In this document: one piece after another, positions 29,939-38,664 of the stretch | Position numbering within the stretch: position 1 is the stretch's first letter | How the letters are laid out: the number at the start of each line of letters is the position of its first letter | Origin: Candidatus Multivorans sp. | GTDB taxonomy: Bacteria; Acidobacteriota; Thermoanaerobaculia; Multivoradales; Multivoraceae | Length of the DNA stretch: 64,000 bases | Assembly: GCA_965224025.1 (NCBI GenBank) | Contig: OZ245033.1 | Span: 2,784,001 to 2,848,000, forward strand | Reading direction: 5' to 3' | Program-made: the position numbers and the translations under genes | Notes under the pieces: model-generated | What the model was told of the DNA's origin: nothing | The model's database searches: none | Seen by the model: the letters and a program-made list of their open reading frames with translations, nothing else

Positions 29939-30530
29939 GCAGGCCGAAGCGCTCCTCCATCTCGCCCTGCCACTGTTCGAGCACGGAACTTGGCGCCGAG
30001 ACGACGATCGTCTTCACGTTCTTGCGGAGCAGCAGCTCCCGGGCGATCAGCCCGGCCTCGATCGTCTTGCCGAGACCCGTGTCGTCGGCGATGAACAGGT
30101 TGACCCGCGGCAGCCTGAGCGCCTTGCGCAGCGGCTCCATCTGGTAGACGTCGAGCTTGATGCCAGCCCTGAACGGCGCCTGGAAGAGGTTCGGATCGGT
30201 GGCGGTGACGCAGTTCCAGCGCAGCGTGTGCAGGAAGGCGGCGAAACGGCGGGGCGTGTCGAACCCCTTTGCGGCGAGTTCGCCCCAGCCAGCCTGCTTC
30301 AGGATGCGGCGGTCGAGTTCGCGGTCCCAGAAGACCTCGATCTCTTCGCCCTGGGCGTCGTCTTCGGCGCAGGCGAGGCGGACTATCGAGGAGTGGCAGG
30401 GCTTCTCGCCGGGCTGGACGCCCTCGACGAGCCAACGGCGGCTACGGACCTGGACGAGTTGACCGACATCCGGGTCGTGTTCGGGGCGTTCTTTGTTGGG
30501 GGCTGAGAGAGCGGTTTCGTGGGGCGTCAT
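29939..30530 (-). pseudogene. drmD: Truncated DISARM SNF2-like helicase DrmD
   Basis: GQLVQVRSRRWLV, TLRWNCVTATDPNLFQAPFRAGI, PRVNLFIADDTGLGKTIEAG; breaks after EERFGL. Confidence 0.8.
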
Positions 30531-30633
30531 TCGGGCCGAGCGTACCGGGTTGCGGCCAGACCGGTCACGGGAGCGCAACGGTGGATTCGGCGTGAGCCTG
30601 GAGATGGCCGATGCCAGTTGCCGGCGAATTGTC

Positions 30634-31695
30634 TCAACGACGACGGCTGGCTGTCGCTGTTTCGATCCGTTCGTGGAGGGTCCGCAAGGCGTTGTACGAG
30701 GCGGCTCGCAGGTTGAGCGGTCCGCGCACGGCCTCCCAGCGGCGCACGGTTGCCGGGGTAACCCTGAGCGCGGCGGCGAACTCGGCGACCGTCAGGCCGC
30801 TGCGCCGGCGGAGCCTGGAGACGCGGGCGCCGGTGGGGCGGAAGGGTGGCGCGACACCCGGGGCCTTCTTCGCGGCGCCCTTTCTCGCGGCGCCCTTCTT
30901 CCCGGCGCGCTTTCGCCGGCTCGGGGGCCGGGAAGCGCCACCGCGTTTTCGAGCCTTGCGCGCCGCCCTCTTCCGCGGTCTGGAGCGGGGATCCCGCGCC
31001 TCGTCCGTGTCCAGTTCGATGCCGAAGATTCCCGACAGGTCGCCTTCCGCCAGGGAATCCGCACCCGCCGCGCCGGCCGGCAGCGCCAGGTCGGCGTCAA
31101 TCAGCTCCGATTCGTCGACCTTTCGCAGCAGGAAGAGGAGTTCGGGGCTGTCGTCGAGCCGGTTGCCGACGCCGTACAGGACCGAAGCCACGTGCTTGCA
31201 CATGCCGGCCCAGTCCGGGCAGTCGCAGTCGAACTCGATCTGGCGCGGAGTCGGAAACAGGCCGCGGCTGCGATCCGTGACGACGGCCATCACCTGGTCG
31301 GAGAGTCGTCCCTGGAGCAACTCGATGACCGATCCGATCTGTCCGGTGCACCTGGCCTTGATGGACTTCCAGACAGCGGGCTTGAGCTTCTGGATGCGAA
31401 TGGCGACGTGGTAGAGCCTCGTGCCGAAGACCAGTGCGTCGACGCGGCCGGCCCGGATCGCCAAGTCGCAGACCGCGCCGTGGCGCGCGTAGCTGCGGCC
31501 GCGCGGCAACCGGTTGCGGTAGTCGGAGAAGGACTCCAGGTGCTTGCACCAGCGCTTGCCCCAGAAGCTCCGGGCAATCAGGTTCCCCGTGATCTCGACC
31601 GGCTGCACCTTCATGCCCTGCCTGCGGAGACTGGCGACCTTCCGCGCGGCCCTGGCTCGTCGCGCGGCGACTGGAACGTAGGTCGGAAACCTCAT
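30634..31695 (-). CDS. SWIM zinc-finger protein with K/A-rich linker and C-terminal XRE-type HTH
   Basis: NRLPRGRSY, CDCPDWAGMCKH, basic KKGAARKGAAKKA tract, LRRRSGLTVAEFAAALRVTPATVRRWE. Confidence 0.85.
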   Translation of the reverse strand: MRFPTYVPVAARRARAARKVASLRRQGMKVQPVEITGNLIARSFWGKRWCKHLESFSDYRNRLPRGRSYARHGAVCDLAIRAGRVDALVFGTRLYHVAIRIQKLKPAVWKSIKARCTGQIGSVIELLQGRLSDQVMAVVTDRSRGLFPTPRQIEFDCDCPDWAGMCKHVASVLYGVGNRLDDSPELLFLLRKVDESELIDADLALPAGAAGADSLAEGDLSGIFGIELDTDEARDPRSRPRKRAARKARKRGGASRPPSRRKRAGKKGAARKGAAKKAPGVAPPFRPTGARVSRLRRRSGLTVAEFAAALRVTPATVRRWEAVRGPLNLRAASYNALRTLHERIETATASRRR

Positions 31696-31712
31696 GACAG
31701 ATCCCGCGCTTC

Positions 31713-34403
31713 CTACGCTTTCGCCCGGGTGATGTCCAGACGGACCAAGTCGAGCAGTTCGTCATCGGAAAGCTCGGTGAGCTTCATCTCGCGGCCATCC
31801 TCCAGCAGATCGTTCACCAGTTCGCTCTTCTCCGTGATCATCCGGTCGATTCTCTCCTCGATGGTTCCGGAGGTGATGAACTTGTGGACCAGCACGGCCT
31901 GTCGCTGGCCGATGCGAAAGGCCCGGTCGGTAGCCTGGTTTTCGACGGCGGGGTTCCACCAGCGGTCGAAGTGAATCACGTGCGTAGCCGCCGTCAGGTT
32001 CAGACCCGTGCCTCCCGCCTTGAGGGACAGGATGAAGAACGGCGGTCCGTCGCGGTGCCGAAAGGCTTCGACCAGAGCGCGGCGCTGCCTGACTCCGGTG
32101 CCTCCGTGCAGCGCCAGCCCCGGCCGACCGAAGGTCGCGGCGAGATGGTCGGACAACGGATCGATGATCTCCCGGAACTGCGTGAACACGAGGGCGCGTT
32201 CCTGGCGTTCGGCCAGTTCCGCGCAGATCTCGGCGACGCGTTTGAACTTGCCGCTGTCATTCGGCTTGTAGGCGCCGTCTCCGGAAAGCTGACTGGGATG
32301 ATTGCAGACCTGCTTCAATCGCATGAGCGTCTGCAACACGAGGCCCCGCCGCTTCATGCCGTCGACCGATTCCAGGCCGCGCTGCATCGACCGCACGACT
32401 CGCTCGTAGAGTGCAACCTGGGGTCGGGTCAGGTGACAGTAGCGCGCCGTCTCGGTCTTGTCGGGCAGGTCGTCGATGATGCGGCGGTCCGTCTTGAGGC
32501 GGCGCAGGATGTAGGGCGCGACAAGTCGGCGAAGCGGCGCGAAATGTTGCTTCTCGCGCTGTTGCAGCGTCTTGACGAACCGCTGGAACACCGCGCGCGA
32601 GCCGAGCAGACCGGGATTGAGGAAGTCGAACAGTGCCCACAGATCTCCCGGATGGTTCTCCACCGGGGTACCGGTCATCGCGATGCGAGCGCCGGCCTGG
32701 AGCTTCCGAGTGGACCGGCTCTGGAGCGTACCGGGGTTCTTGATCGCCTGCGCTTCGTCCAGGATGACCAGTCGCCACCGCACCTCCGCCAGCCAGGGCT
32801 GCCGAGCGAGCATGGCGTACGTGGTCACGACCAGATCGGTGCCGGCCAGCGTCCGCGCGGGAGCGTTCGCGATCTCCGTCAGGGTCTCGCGATCGGTTTC
32901 GGACGGGTGCAGGAATCGAAGGTTCAGCGACGGCGCGAACCGCGCCGCTTCGGCGCGCCAGTTTCCGAGCAGGGACGCCGGAATCACGAGCAGCGACGGC
33001 GGTCGCTGCTCCTCCTGGCAAAGGCCGCGGTCGGAGAGCAGCAACGCCAGCACTTGAATGGTCTTGCCCAGGCCCATGTCGTCGGCCAGACAGGCGCCGA
33101 GGCCCAGGCGGGTCAGGAGGGCGAGCCATGCCACGCCGTCGCGTTGATACGGCCGCAGGGTCCCTTGCAGCGCGCCGCCGTCGACGGGGGCGAGCGTCTC
33201 CGGTTGACGCAAGCCGGCGAGAATCTCGCGCATGCCGTCTCCGGCCTCGACATGAACCCAGGGGCGTTCGGCCTCGGTTTCCGCCCCGCCCCGAAGATCG
33301 GCCGACGCGCCGGCGAGGAGGCGCATTCCCTCGATGAAGGAGATGCCGTGGTCGCCGCCCGCCTGACGCACGGCATCCCAATGCTCGATCGCCTGGCGCA
33401 GGCGATCGCGGTCCACCTCGACCCATTGACCCTTGAGGAACACCAGATTGCCGTCGCTGCCGAGCAGCGCGTTCAGGTCGTCTTCGGAGAGCGACTCGCC
33501 GCCGAGAACGACCTCGACCCGAAAGTCGAGCACGGCGTCCGCGCCCACCAGGGACGGCGCCTCGCCAACCGTCACGGAGACCTGCGGTCGCGGGCGCTTG
33601 CGCCACCAGTCAGGTAGCCGCACCGACAGGCCGCTCTCCTCGAGTTCCGGCACGCTGCGCAGGAGTCGGTAGGCGCGATCCGGCGTCCAGGCCATGGGCC
33701 GGTAGACGTTGCCGGAATCCACCATCTCCCTTACCCAGTCGCAAGCGCCCGCGGCCTGCTGGATCGGCGACAGCAGCGTGACGAGCGCCGAGCGGTTGTT
33801 CTCGCCCGCGTATTGTTCGAGTGCTCGCCGCAGCGGCAGGTGCCGCGCTCGTCCGGTCGCGCCGAATTGCGCGGCATACGTAGCCATGAACGCGAACGGT
33901 CGTGCCGCGTCGTTCCGGTTCTCGGCCAGGTGGAAACAGACCCGCCCGACCTGATGCCAGTTCGACGCTCGCTCACGCAGGAACGCGGACAGCCCGCCGG
34001 CAGCCGAAGCGGCCTGGCTCGCCCAGCCGTCCAGCTCGGTCCAGATGCGTTGCAGGCGCTCCGCAGACAGGTATTCGCCGCCGATCATCGGCGGGGCGGC
34101 GTCGACGAGAGCGGCGCACTCGGCCGCGCTCGGCGGTTCGGCGCTGAACGAAGCCGCCCCTTTCGCGTTCGGGTTCATGGCGGGCAGGTGGCAAAGCGCG
34201 GTCAGGTGGCGCTCGGCGATGGTCTGCCAGTAGCGGACGGCGGGCCGCTCCCGTGTATCGGTCTTTTCGGCCGCCAGCGTGAAGAGAGCCTCTCGCCAGT
34301 CGGCGTCGAAGGCGCGTTCAAGGTGCTGGAGCCGCTCCGGGAGCTCTTCGACGCCGGGATCCGTCCAGCGCACGTCGCCGGCCGGTGTCAGTCCGAGGCT
34401 CAC
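31713..34403 (-). CDS. SNF2/SWI2 family helicase-like ATPase
   Basis: LRPYQ, LADDMGLGKT, DEAQ, TGTPVEN, SLKAGGTGLNL, WWNPAVENQATDRAFRIGQ; start estimated. Confidence 0.92.
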   Translation of the reverse strand: MSLGLTPAGDVRWTDPGVEELPERLQHLERAFDADWREALFTLAAEKTDTRERPAVRYWQTIAERHLTALCHLPAMNPNAKGAASFSAEPPSAAECAALVDAAPPMIGGEYLSAERLQRIWTELDGWASQAASAAGGLSAFLRERASNWHQVGRVCFHLAENRNDAARPFAFMATYAAQFGATGRARHLPLRRALEQYAGENNRSALVTLLSPIQQAAGACDWVREMVDSGNVYRPMAWTPDRAYRLLRSVPELEESGLSVRLPDWWRKRPRPQVSVTVGEAPSLVGADAVLDFRVEVVLGGESLSEDDLNALLGSDGNLVFLKGQWVEVDRDRLRQAIEHWDAVRQAGGDHGISFIEGMRLLAGASADLRGGAETEAERPWVHVEAGDGMREILAGLRQPETLAPVDGGALQGTLRPYQRDGVAWLALLTRLGLGACLADDMGLGKTIQVLALLLSDRGLCQEEQRPPSLLVIPASLLGNWRAEAARFAPSLNLRFLHPSETDRETLTEIANAPARTLAGTDLVVTTYAMLARQPWLAEVRWRLVILDEAQAIKNPGTLQSRSTRKLQAGARIAMTGTPVENHPGDLWALFDFLNPGLLGSRAVFQRFVKTLQQREKQHFAPLRRLVAPYILRRLKTDRRIIDDLPDKTETARYCHLTRPQVALYERVVRSMQRGLESVDGMKRRGLVLQTLMRLKQVCNHPSQLSGDGAYKPNDSGKFKRVAEICAELAERQERALVFTQFREIIDPLSDHLAATFGRPGLALHGGTGVRQRRALVEAFRHRDGPPFFILSLKAGGTGLNLTAATHVIHFDRWWNPAVENQATDRAFRIGQRQAVLVHKFITSGTIEERIDRMITEKSELVNDLLEDGREMKLTELSDDELLDLVRLDITRAKA

Positions 34404-34618
34404 GCCGAGCCCGCTTGCCGGCGCGATGCGCGCGAGCGAGGCGACGGCTGGGCGGATCTTCGCCACGGGCTGTCCGAGGGGAAGATCGTGGAGTGCCGGT
34501 CGATCGGCGAGATCGGCCCGGTGGGCGGTCCGTCGAGGGTGTGGAGGAGACGCTCCAGCCTCATCGATTCGTTGACGCCAGGCGACCGAGGGGCTGCAAC
34601 ATGGGCGATTTCGCCGCC

Positions 34619-35671
34619 TCAGCCGTACATGACCGCGGCCGCCTGCTCCCGGAGCGCCGTCGGGTTGCCCAGCGCCTGCCGGTCGTAGCCGACCCGCTTG
34701 TAGAAGATGTGCATGTCGCACTCGTGGGTGAAGCCGATGCCGCCGAAGACCTGGGTGGTCATCGTGACGGCGTGGCTCGCCACGTCGGTGGCGTGGGCCT
34801 TGAGCAGGGGTGCGAGGTGACAGGTCTCGTCCGAGCCCTCGTCCCAGGCGTCGGCGGTGTGCCAGAGGAGGGACTGGACGGGCTCGACTTCGGCCAGGAC
34901 CTCGGCGCAGATGTGCTTGACGGCCTGGAAGGAGCCGATGATGCGCTCGAACTGCTTGCGCTCCTTGGCGTAGTCGACCGCGATGTGCAGTCCCTGCTGG
35001 GCGGTGCCGAGGGCGTCGGCGGCGAGGGCGATCTGTGCCGCGTAGACGGCGCGCTGAGTGTTCTCGGCGCTGCCGCCGAAGCTTTCGGCGGTGTTCAGTT
35101 CGACGCCGGTGAAGGTGACTTCGGCGACGCGGCGGGTGTCGTCGACGGTCTGCAGGGGCTCGATGTCGATCCCCGCGGTGGTCGCCTCGAGCAGGTGGAG
35201 ACCGCCGCCGGATTCGAGCAGGAACGCGTCGGACCAGGCGGCGTCGGGCACGTAGAGCACGGTGCCGTCGACGCGATCGTTCGCGATCGGGGCGTCGAGG
35301 AGGGGGGTGACCAGTGTCTTCCCTTCGGCGATCCCTTCGAGCAGCTCGTTCCGGCGCGCGCCGCTGTCGCCGCCGGCAATCAGCAGCGGCGCCAGGACGT
35401 AGGACGAATGGAAATTGACCGGCGCCGCGGCACGACCGATCTCCTGGGCGGCGATGGCGGCCTCCTGCATCCCGAGTTCCGAGCCGCCGAGGTCCATGTC
35501 GACGAGGAGGCCGGTGATGCCCTGGTCGCCGAGCTGACCGTGGATCGCCTCATCCCGCCCCGACTCGGAGTCCATCACGCGGCGGACGCGTTCGATGCCC
35601 ACATCCTGGGCGAGAAAGCGGGCGATCGAATCTCGGAGCAGCTCTTGCGGCTGCGTCAGTCCAAAGTCCAT
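34619..35671 (-). CDS. Acyl-CoA dehydrogenase, short (FadE27-like) subunit
   Basis: YAKERKQFERIIGSFQAVKH, QVFGGIGFTHE. Confidence 0.88.
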   Translation of the reverse strand: MDFGLTQPQELLRDSIARFLAQDVGIERVRRVMDSESGRDEAIHGQLGDQGITGLLVDMDLGGSELGMQEAAIAAQEIGRAAAPVNFHSSYVLAPLLIAGGDSGARRNELLEGIAEGKTLVTPLLDAPIANDRVDGTVLYVPDAAWSDAFLLESGGGLHLLEATTAGIDIEPLQTVDDTRRVAEVTFTGVELNTAESFGGSAENTQRAVYAAQIALAADALGTAQQGLHIAVDYAKERKQFERIIGSFQAVKHICAEVLAEVEPVQSLLWHTADAWDEGSDETCHLAPLLKAHATDVASHAVTMTTQVFGGIGFTHECDMHIFYKRVGYDRQALGNPTALREQAAAVMYG

Positions 35672-35715
35672 GCCGGACTCCTTCGCGTGGTTCGTCGAGC
35701 GAGGCGCAGCTGACT

Positions 35716-36909
35716 CTAGGCCGCTGCCGGCTTCGGCTCGCGCGGCAGTCCGAGGCCCCGCTCGCCGATGATGTTCTTCTGGATCTGGGCGGTGCCGCCG
35801 CCGATGATCAGGCCCAGGGCGTACATGTAGTTGCGTTGCCAGTTGCCGTAGTCGCGGACGTGCTTCGAGCCACGCTTGAGCACGCCCCGTTCGGCCATGG
35901 CGTCGATGGCCAGTGCGCAGACGTCGTAGTTCAACTGACAGTTGTTCAGCTTGACGATGAGGCCGCCGGCGCCCGAGTCGCGCTTCCTCAGCCGGTCGGT
36001 GAGGAGGCGCAACTGGTGGTACTTCATCGCCTGCACCCGGCCCTCCAGCTTGAGCAGCCGGTCGCGGTAGACGGGCGAGTCGATCAGGCCGGTCTCGCGC
36101 AGGATGTCTACGCAGCCGGCCAGGTAGTTCTCCGTGGCGTTCGAGCGTCCGAGCATGTTGCGCTCGAAGCGCAGGGTGTAGGTGCCGACCTCCCAGCCCT
36201 GGCCCGGGCGGCCGATCACGTTCATGGCCGGCACCCGCACGTCGGTGAAGAAGACTTCGTTGAAGGAGGCGTCGCCGGTCATCGTCATCAGAGGCCGGAC
36301 ATCGAGCCCGGGCGTGTCCATCGAGAGAACGAGGTAGCTGATGCCGCCGTGCTTTCCGCCGTCCGTTTCGGTGCGGATCAGGGCGAACATCATGTCGGCC
36401 TCGCGGGCGCCGCTGGTCCAGATCTTCTGGCCGTTGATCACGTACTCGTCGCCGTCAAGCCGCGCGGAGGTGCGCAGCGACGCCAGGTCGGAGCCGGATC
36501 CCGGCTCGCTGTATCCCTGGCACCAGATCAGCTCGCCGCGGATCGTGGGGCCGATCAGCTCCTGCTTCTGGTCCTCGCGGCCGAAGTGCAGCAGGGTCGG
36601 GACGAACATGCTGATGCCCTGGTTTTCCATCCCGAGGGAGAGCCCGGCGCTCTGGAACTCCTCCTCGATCACCAGGCTCGCGAGGGCGTCGGGCTTGTGG
36701 CCGGCGCCGCCGTAGCGCGTCGGGATCTCGCGGCCGGCGTAGCCGGCGTCAACGAGCCGTTTCTGCCACTCGACGACCCGCTTGCGGACCTCTGATTGGT
36801 CGCCGCCGAAGCCGGGCCCGGCCGGGACGGCCACGTCCTCGTTGGCGGCGAAGAAGGAATGGACCTCCTCGCGGAGTTCGTTGTATTCAGAACCGATCGA
36901 TGTATCCAT
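35716..36909 (-). CDS. Acyl-CoA dehydrogenase (FadE26-like) subunit
   Basis: WCQGYSEPGSGSDLASL, NGQKIWTS, FNEVFF, IGGGTAQIQKNIIGERGLGLP. Confidence 0.9.
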   Translation of the reverse strand: MDTSIGSEYNELREEVHSFFAANEDVAVPAGPGFGGDQSEVRKRVVEWQKRLVDAGYAGREIPTRYGGAGHKPDALASLVIEEEFQSAGLSLGMENQGISMFVPTLLHFGREDQKQELIGPTIRGELIWCQGYSEPGSGSDLASLRTSARLDGDEYVINGQKIWTSGAREADMMFALIRTETDGGKHGGISYLVLSMDTPGLDVRPLMTMTGDASFNEVFFTDVRVPAMNVIGRPGQGWEVGTYTLRFERNMLGRSNATENYLAGCVDILRETGLIDSPVYRDRLLKLEGRVQAMKYHQLRLLTDRLRKRDSGAGGLIVKLNNCQLNYDVCALAIDAMAERGVLKRGSKHVRDYGNWQRNYMYALGLIIGGGTAQIQKNIIGERGLGLPREPKPAAA

Positions 36910-37095
36910 GGTGGGCGCGACTTTATCGCGCTCGGTGGGCTTCGTCAGGGCCTCGGAGCATTCGGAGTAAGCTGTTCGGTTGAACGGTGCCATCCGTGCG
37001 CCCGTCATCGGGCGCACGGACTGGTTCACGGGTGGCGCGGACCGCGCCACCCGGGTTCTGGAGGGCGGGCAACGAACAGCGGCGGCGGGGGTGAA

Positions 37096-38274
37096 ATGAG
37101 CGACCACACGGTTGGAGGAGACTTGGCGGTAGAGGCAGACGGCGCCGGCGAGCAGGCGCCGTCCAGCCGTGATGCCCTGCGTCTGGAACAGTTGCGGCAG
37201 GCGGCGGCTTCGGCCGGCGTCGACGCGGTCGTCTTGACTCCGGCGGCCACGATGACGTGGCTGTTCGGCCATCACTTCGACGCGCACGAACGCCTGTTTC
37301 TGCTCATCGTGCCGACATCCGACGCGCCGGTGGCGGTCGTTCCGGCCCTGGAAGAGGCCAACTTCCGCGGCGCGGCGCCGTCCGTCGAGTCGCTTCATCT
37401 CTGGGACGACGCGGACGGTCCAGAGAAGGCCGCCGCGGAGGCGTTCAGGTGCCTGGCCAAGGCGGCCCGGGTGGCAGTGGAGCCGCTGAGCCTGCGCTTC
37501 ATGGAGTTCGAGCACGTTCGCCGGGAGCTCCCGAAGGCGCAGATCGAGAGCGCCGAAGAGGTCGTGGTCGCGCTACGGCTCAAGAAGAGCGACGAGGAGG
37601 CGGCCGCGATGCAACGGGCGTCGAAGATCGCTGAAGCGGCGCTCGAGTTCACGTTGCGGGACGTGCGGCCCGGGCGCAAGGAGATCGAGATCGCGTCCAA
37701 GCTATCGAGCGAGTTGCTGCGGCGGGGCGGAGGCGGCATCTCATTTGGACCGATCGTCCTGAGCGGGCCCAAGTCGGCGTTGCCGCACGGCGTGTCGGAC
37801 GATCGCGAGATGCAGGAGGGCGAGTTCCTGCTGATCGACTTCGGGACCTCCTTCGACGGCTACCACTGCGACATCACGCGCACATTCGTGGTCAGCGGTT
37901 CGCCCACCGACCGGATGCGAGAGATCTACGAGGCGGTCCTGCAGGCGAACATCCGCGGCGTCGCCGCGTCCCGGCCCGGAGTGACATACGAGTACGTCCA
38001 CAAGAACTGCCAGGCCAATCTGAACGCGCCCCGCTTCAAGGCCTTCATGACCCACCGCACCGGGCATGGTCTGGGCCTGGAGATCCACGAACCGCCTTCC
38101 GTGATGGCTGGCAACGGCGACATCGTGGAGGAGGGCGCCGTGTTCACCATCGAGCCGGGCCTCTACCTCGACGGCTGGGGCGGTGTGCGGATCGAGGACA
38201 ACGTCCGGGTGACGGAGCAGGGCTGCGAACTCCTCACCTCCTCGCCACGCGAGCTGCGCATCCTCGGCGCCTGA
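37096..38274 (+). CDS. Xaa-Pro peptidase (M24 family)
   Basis: Creatinase-like N-domain, PHG, DFG, DITRT, HRTGHGLGLEIHE, TIEPG, RIED. Confidence 0.92.
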   Translation: MSDHTVGGDLAVEADGAGEQAPSSRDALRLEQLRQAAASAGVDAVVLTPAATMTWLFGHHFDAHERLFLLIVPTSDAPVAVVPALEEANFRGAAPSVESLHLWDDADGPEKAAAEAFRCLAKAARVAVEPLSLRFMEFEHVRRELPKAQIESAEEVVVALRLKKSDEEAAAMQRASKIAEAALEFTLRDVRPGRKEIEIASKLSSELLRRGGGGISFGPIVLSGPKSALPHGVSDDREMQEGEFLLIDFGTSFDGYHCDITRTFVVSGSPTDRMREIYEAVLQANIRGVAASRPGVTYEYVHKNCQANLNAPRFKAFMTHRTGHGLGLEIHEPPSVMAGNGDIVEEGAVFTIEPGLYLDGWGGVRIEDNVRVTEQGCELLTSSPRELRILGA

Positions 38275-38332
38275 TCGGCCGCGCGGCTGGCCGGCGTGGG
38301 GGCGGTCGGTGCGGTCACCCGCCTGTTTGGTC

Positions 38333-38495
38333 GGGGTCTGAGGGGGTCAGCCTCCAGGTGCCGCTCGCCCTTGGTCGGAGAATGGAAGGGGGTGGGCTCG
38401 CTGCACTCCACTCGCTCCGGTTCGGTGTCGGTCGTTGTAGTGACTTGGGGAGTCGCTCGTTTCGAGCCACCTGGAGGCTGACCCCCTCAGACCCC
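38333..38495. mobile_element. REPIN/MITE-like element: 28-bp perfect inverted repeats around a 107-bp spacer
   Basis: GGGGTCTGAGGGGGTCAGCCTCCAGGTG (38333-38360) is the exact reverse complement of 38468-38495; outer GCCTGTT/AACAGGC also pair; mobility is inferred. Confidence 0.6.
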
Positions 38496-38664
38496 TCAAC
38501 AGGCTGGAGGGTGTCGGCTTGGCGCCATGGACGGAGAAGCCTCCGGGCAATCCTTGTGAGACGCTGGTCAGACGGTGATCCCCGGAACGCTGGGCCTGCG
38601 TGCGTTCGCTTCGCGACGGTATCCAGCCGGCCCCGGTGGGTGCAGCCGAGAACGCCAGCAGGCC

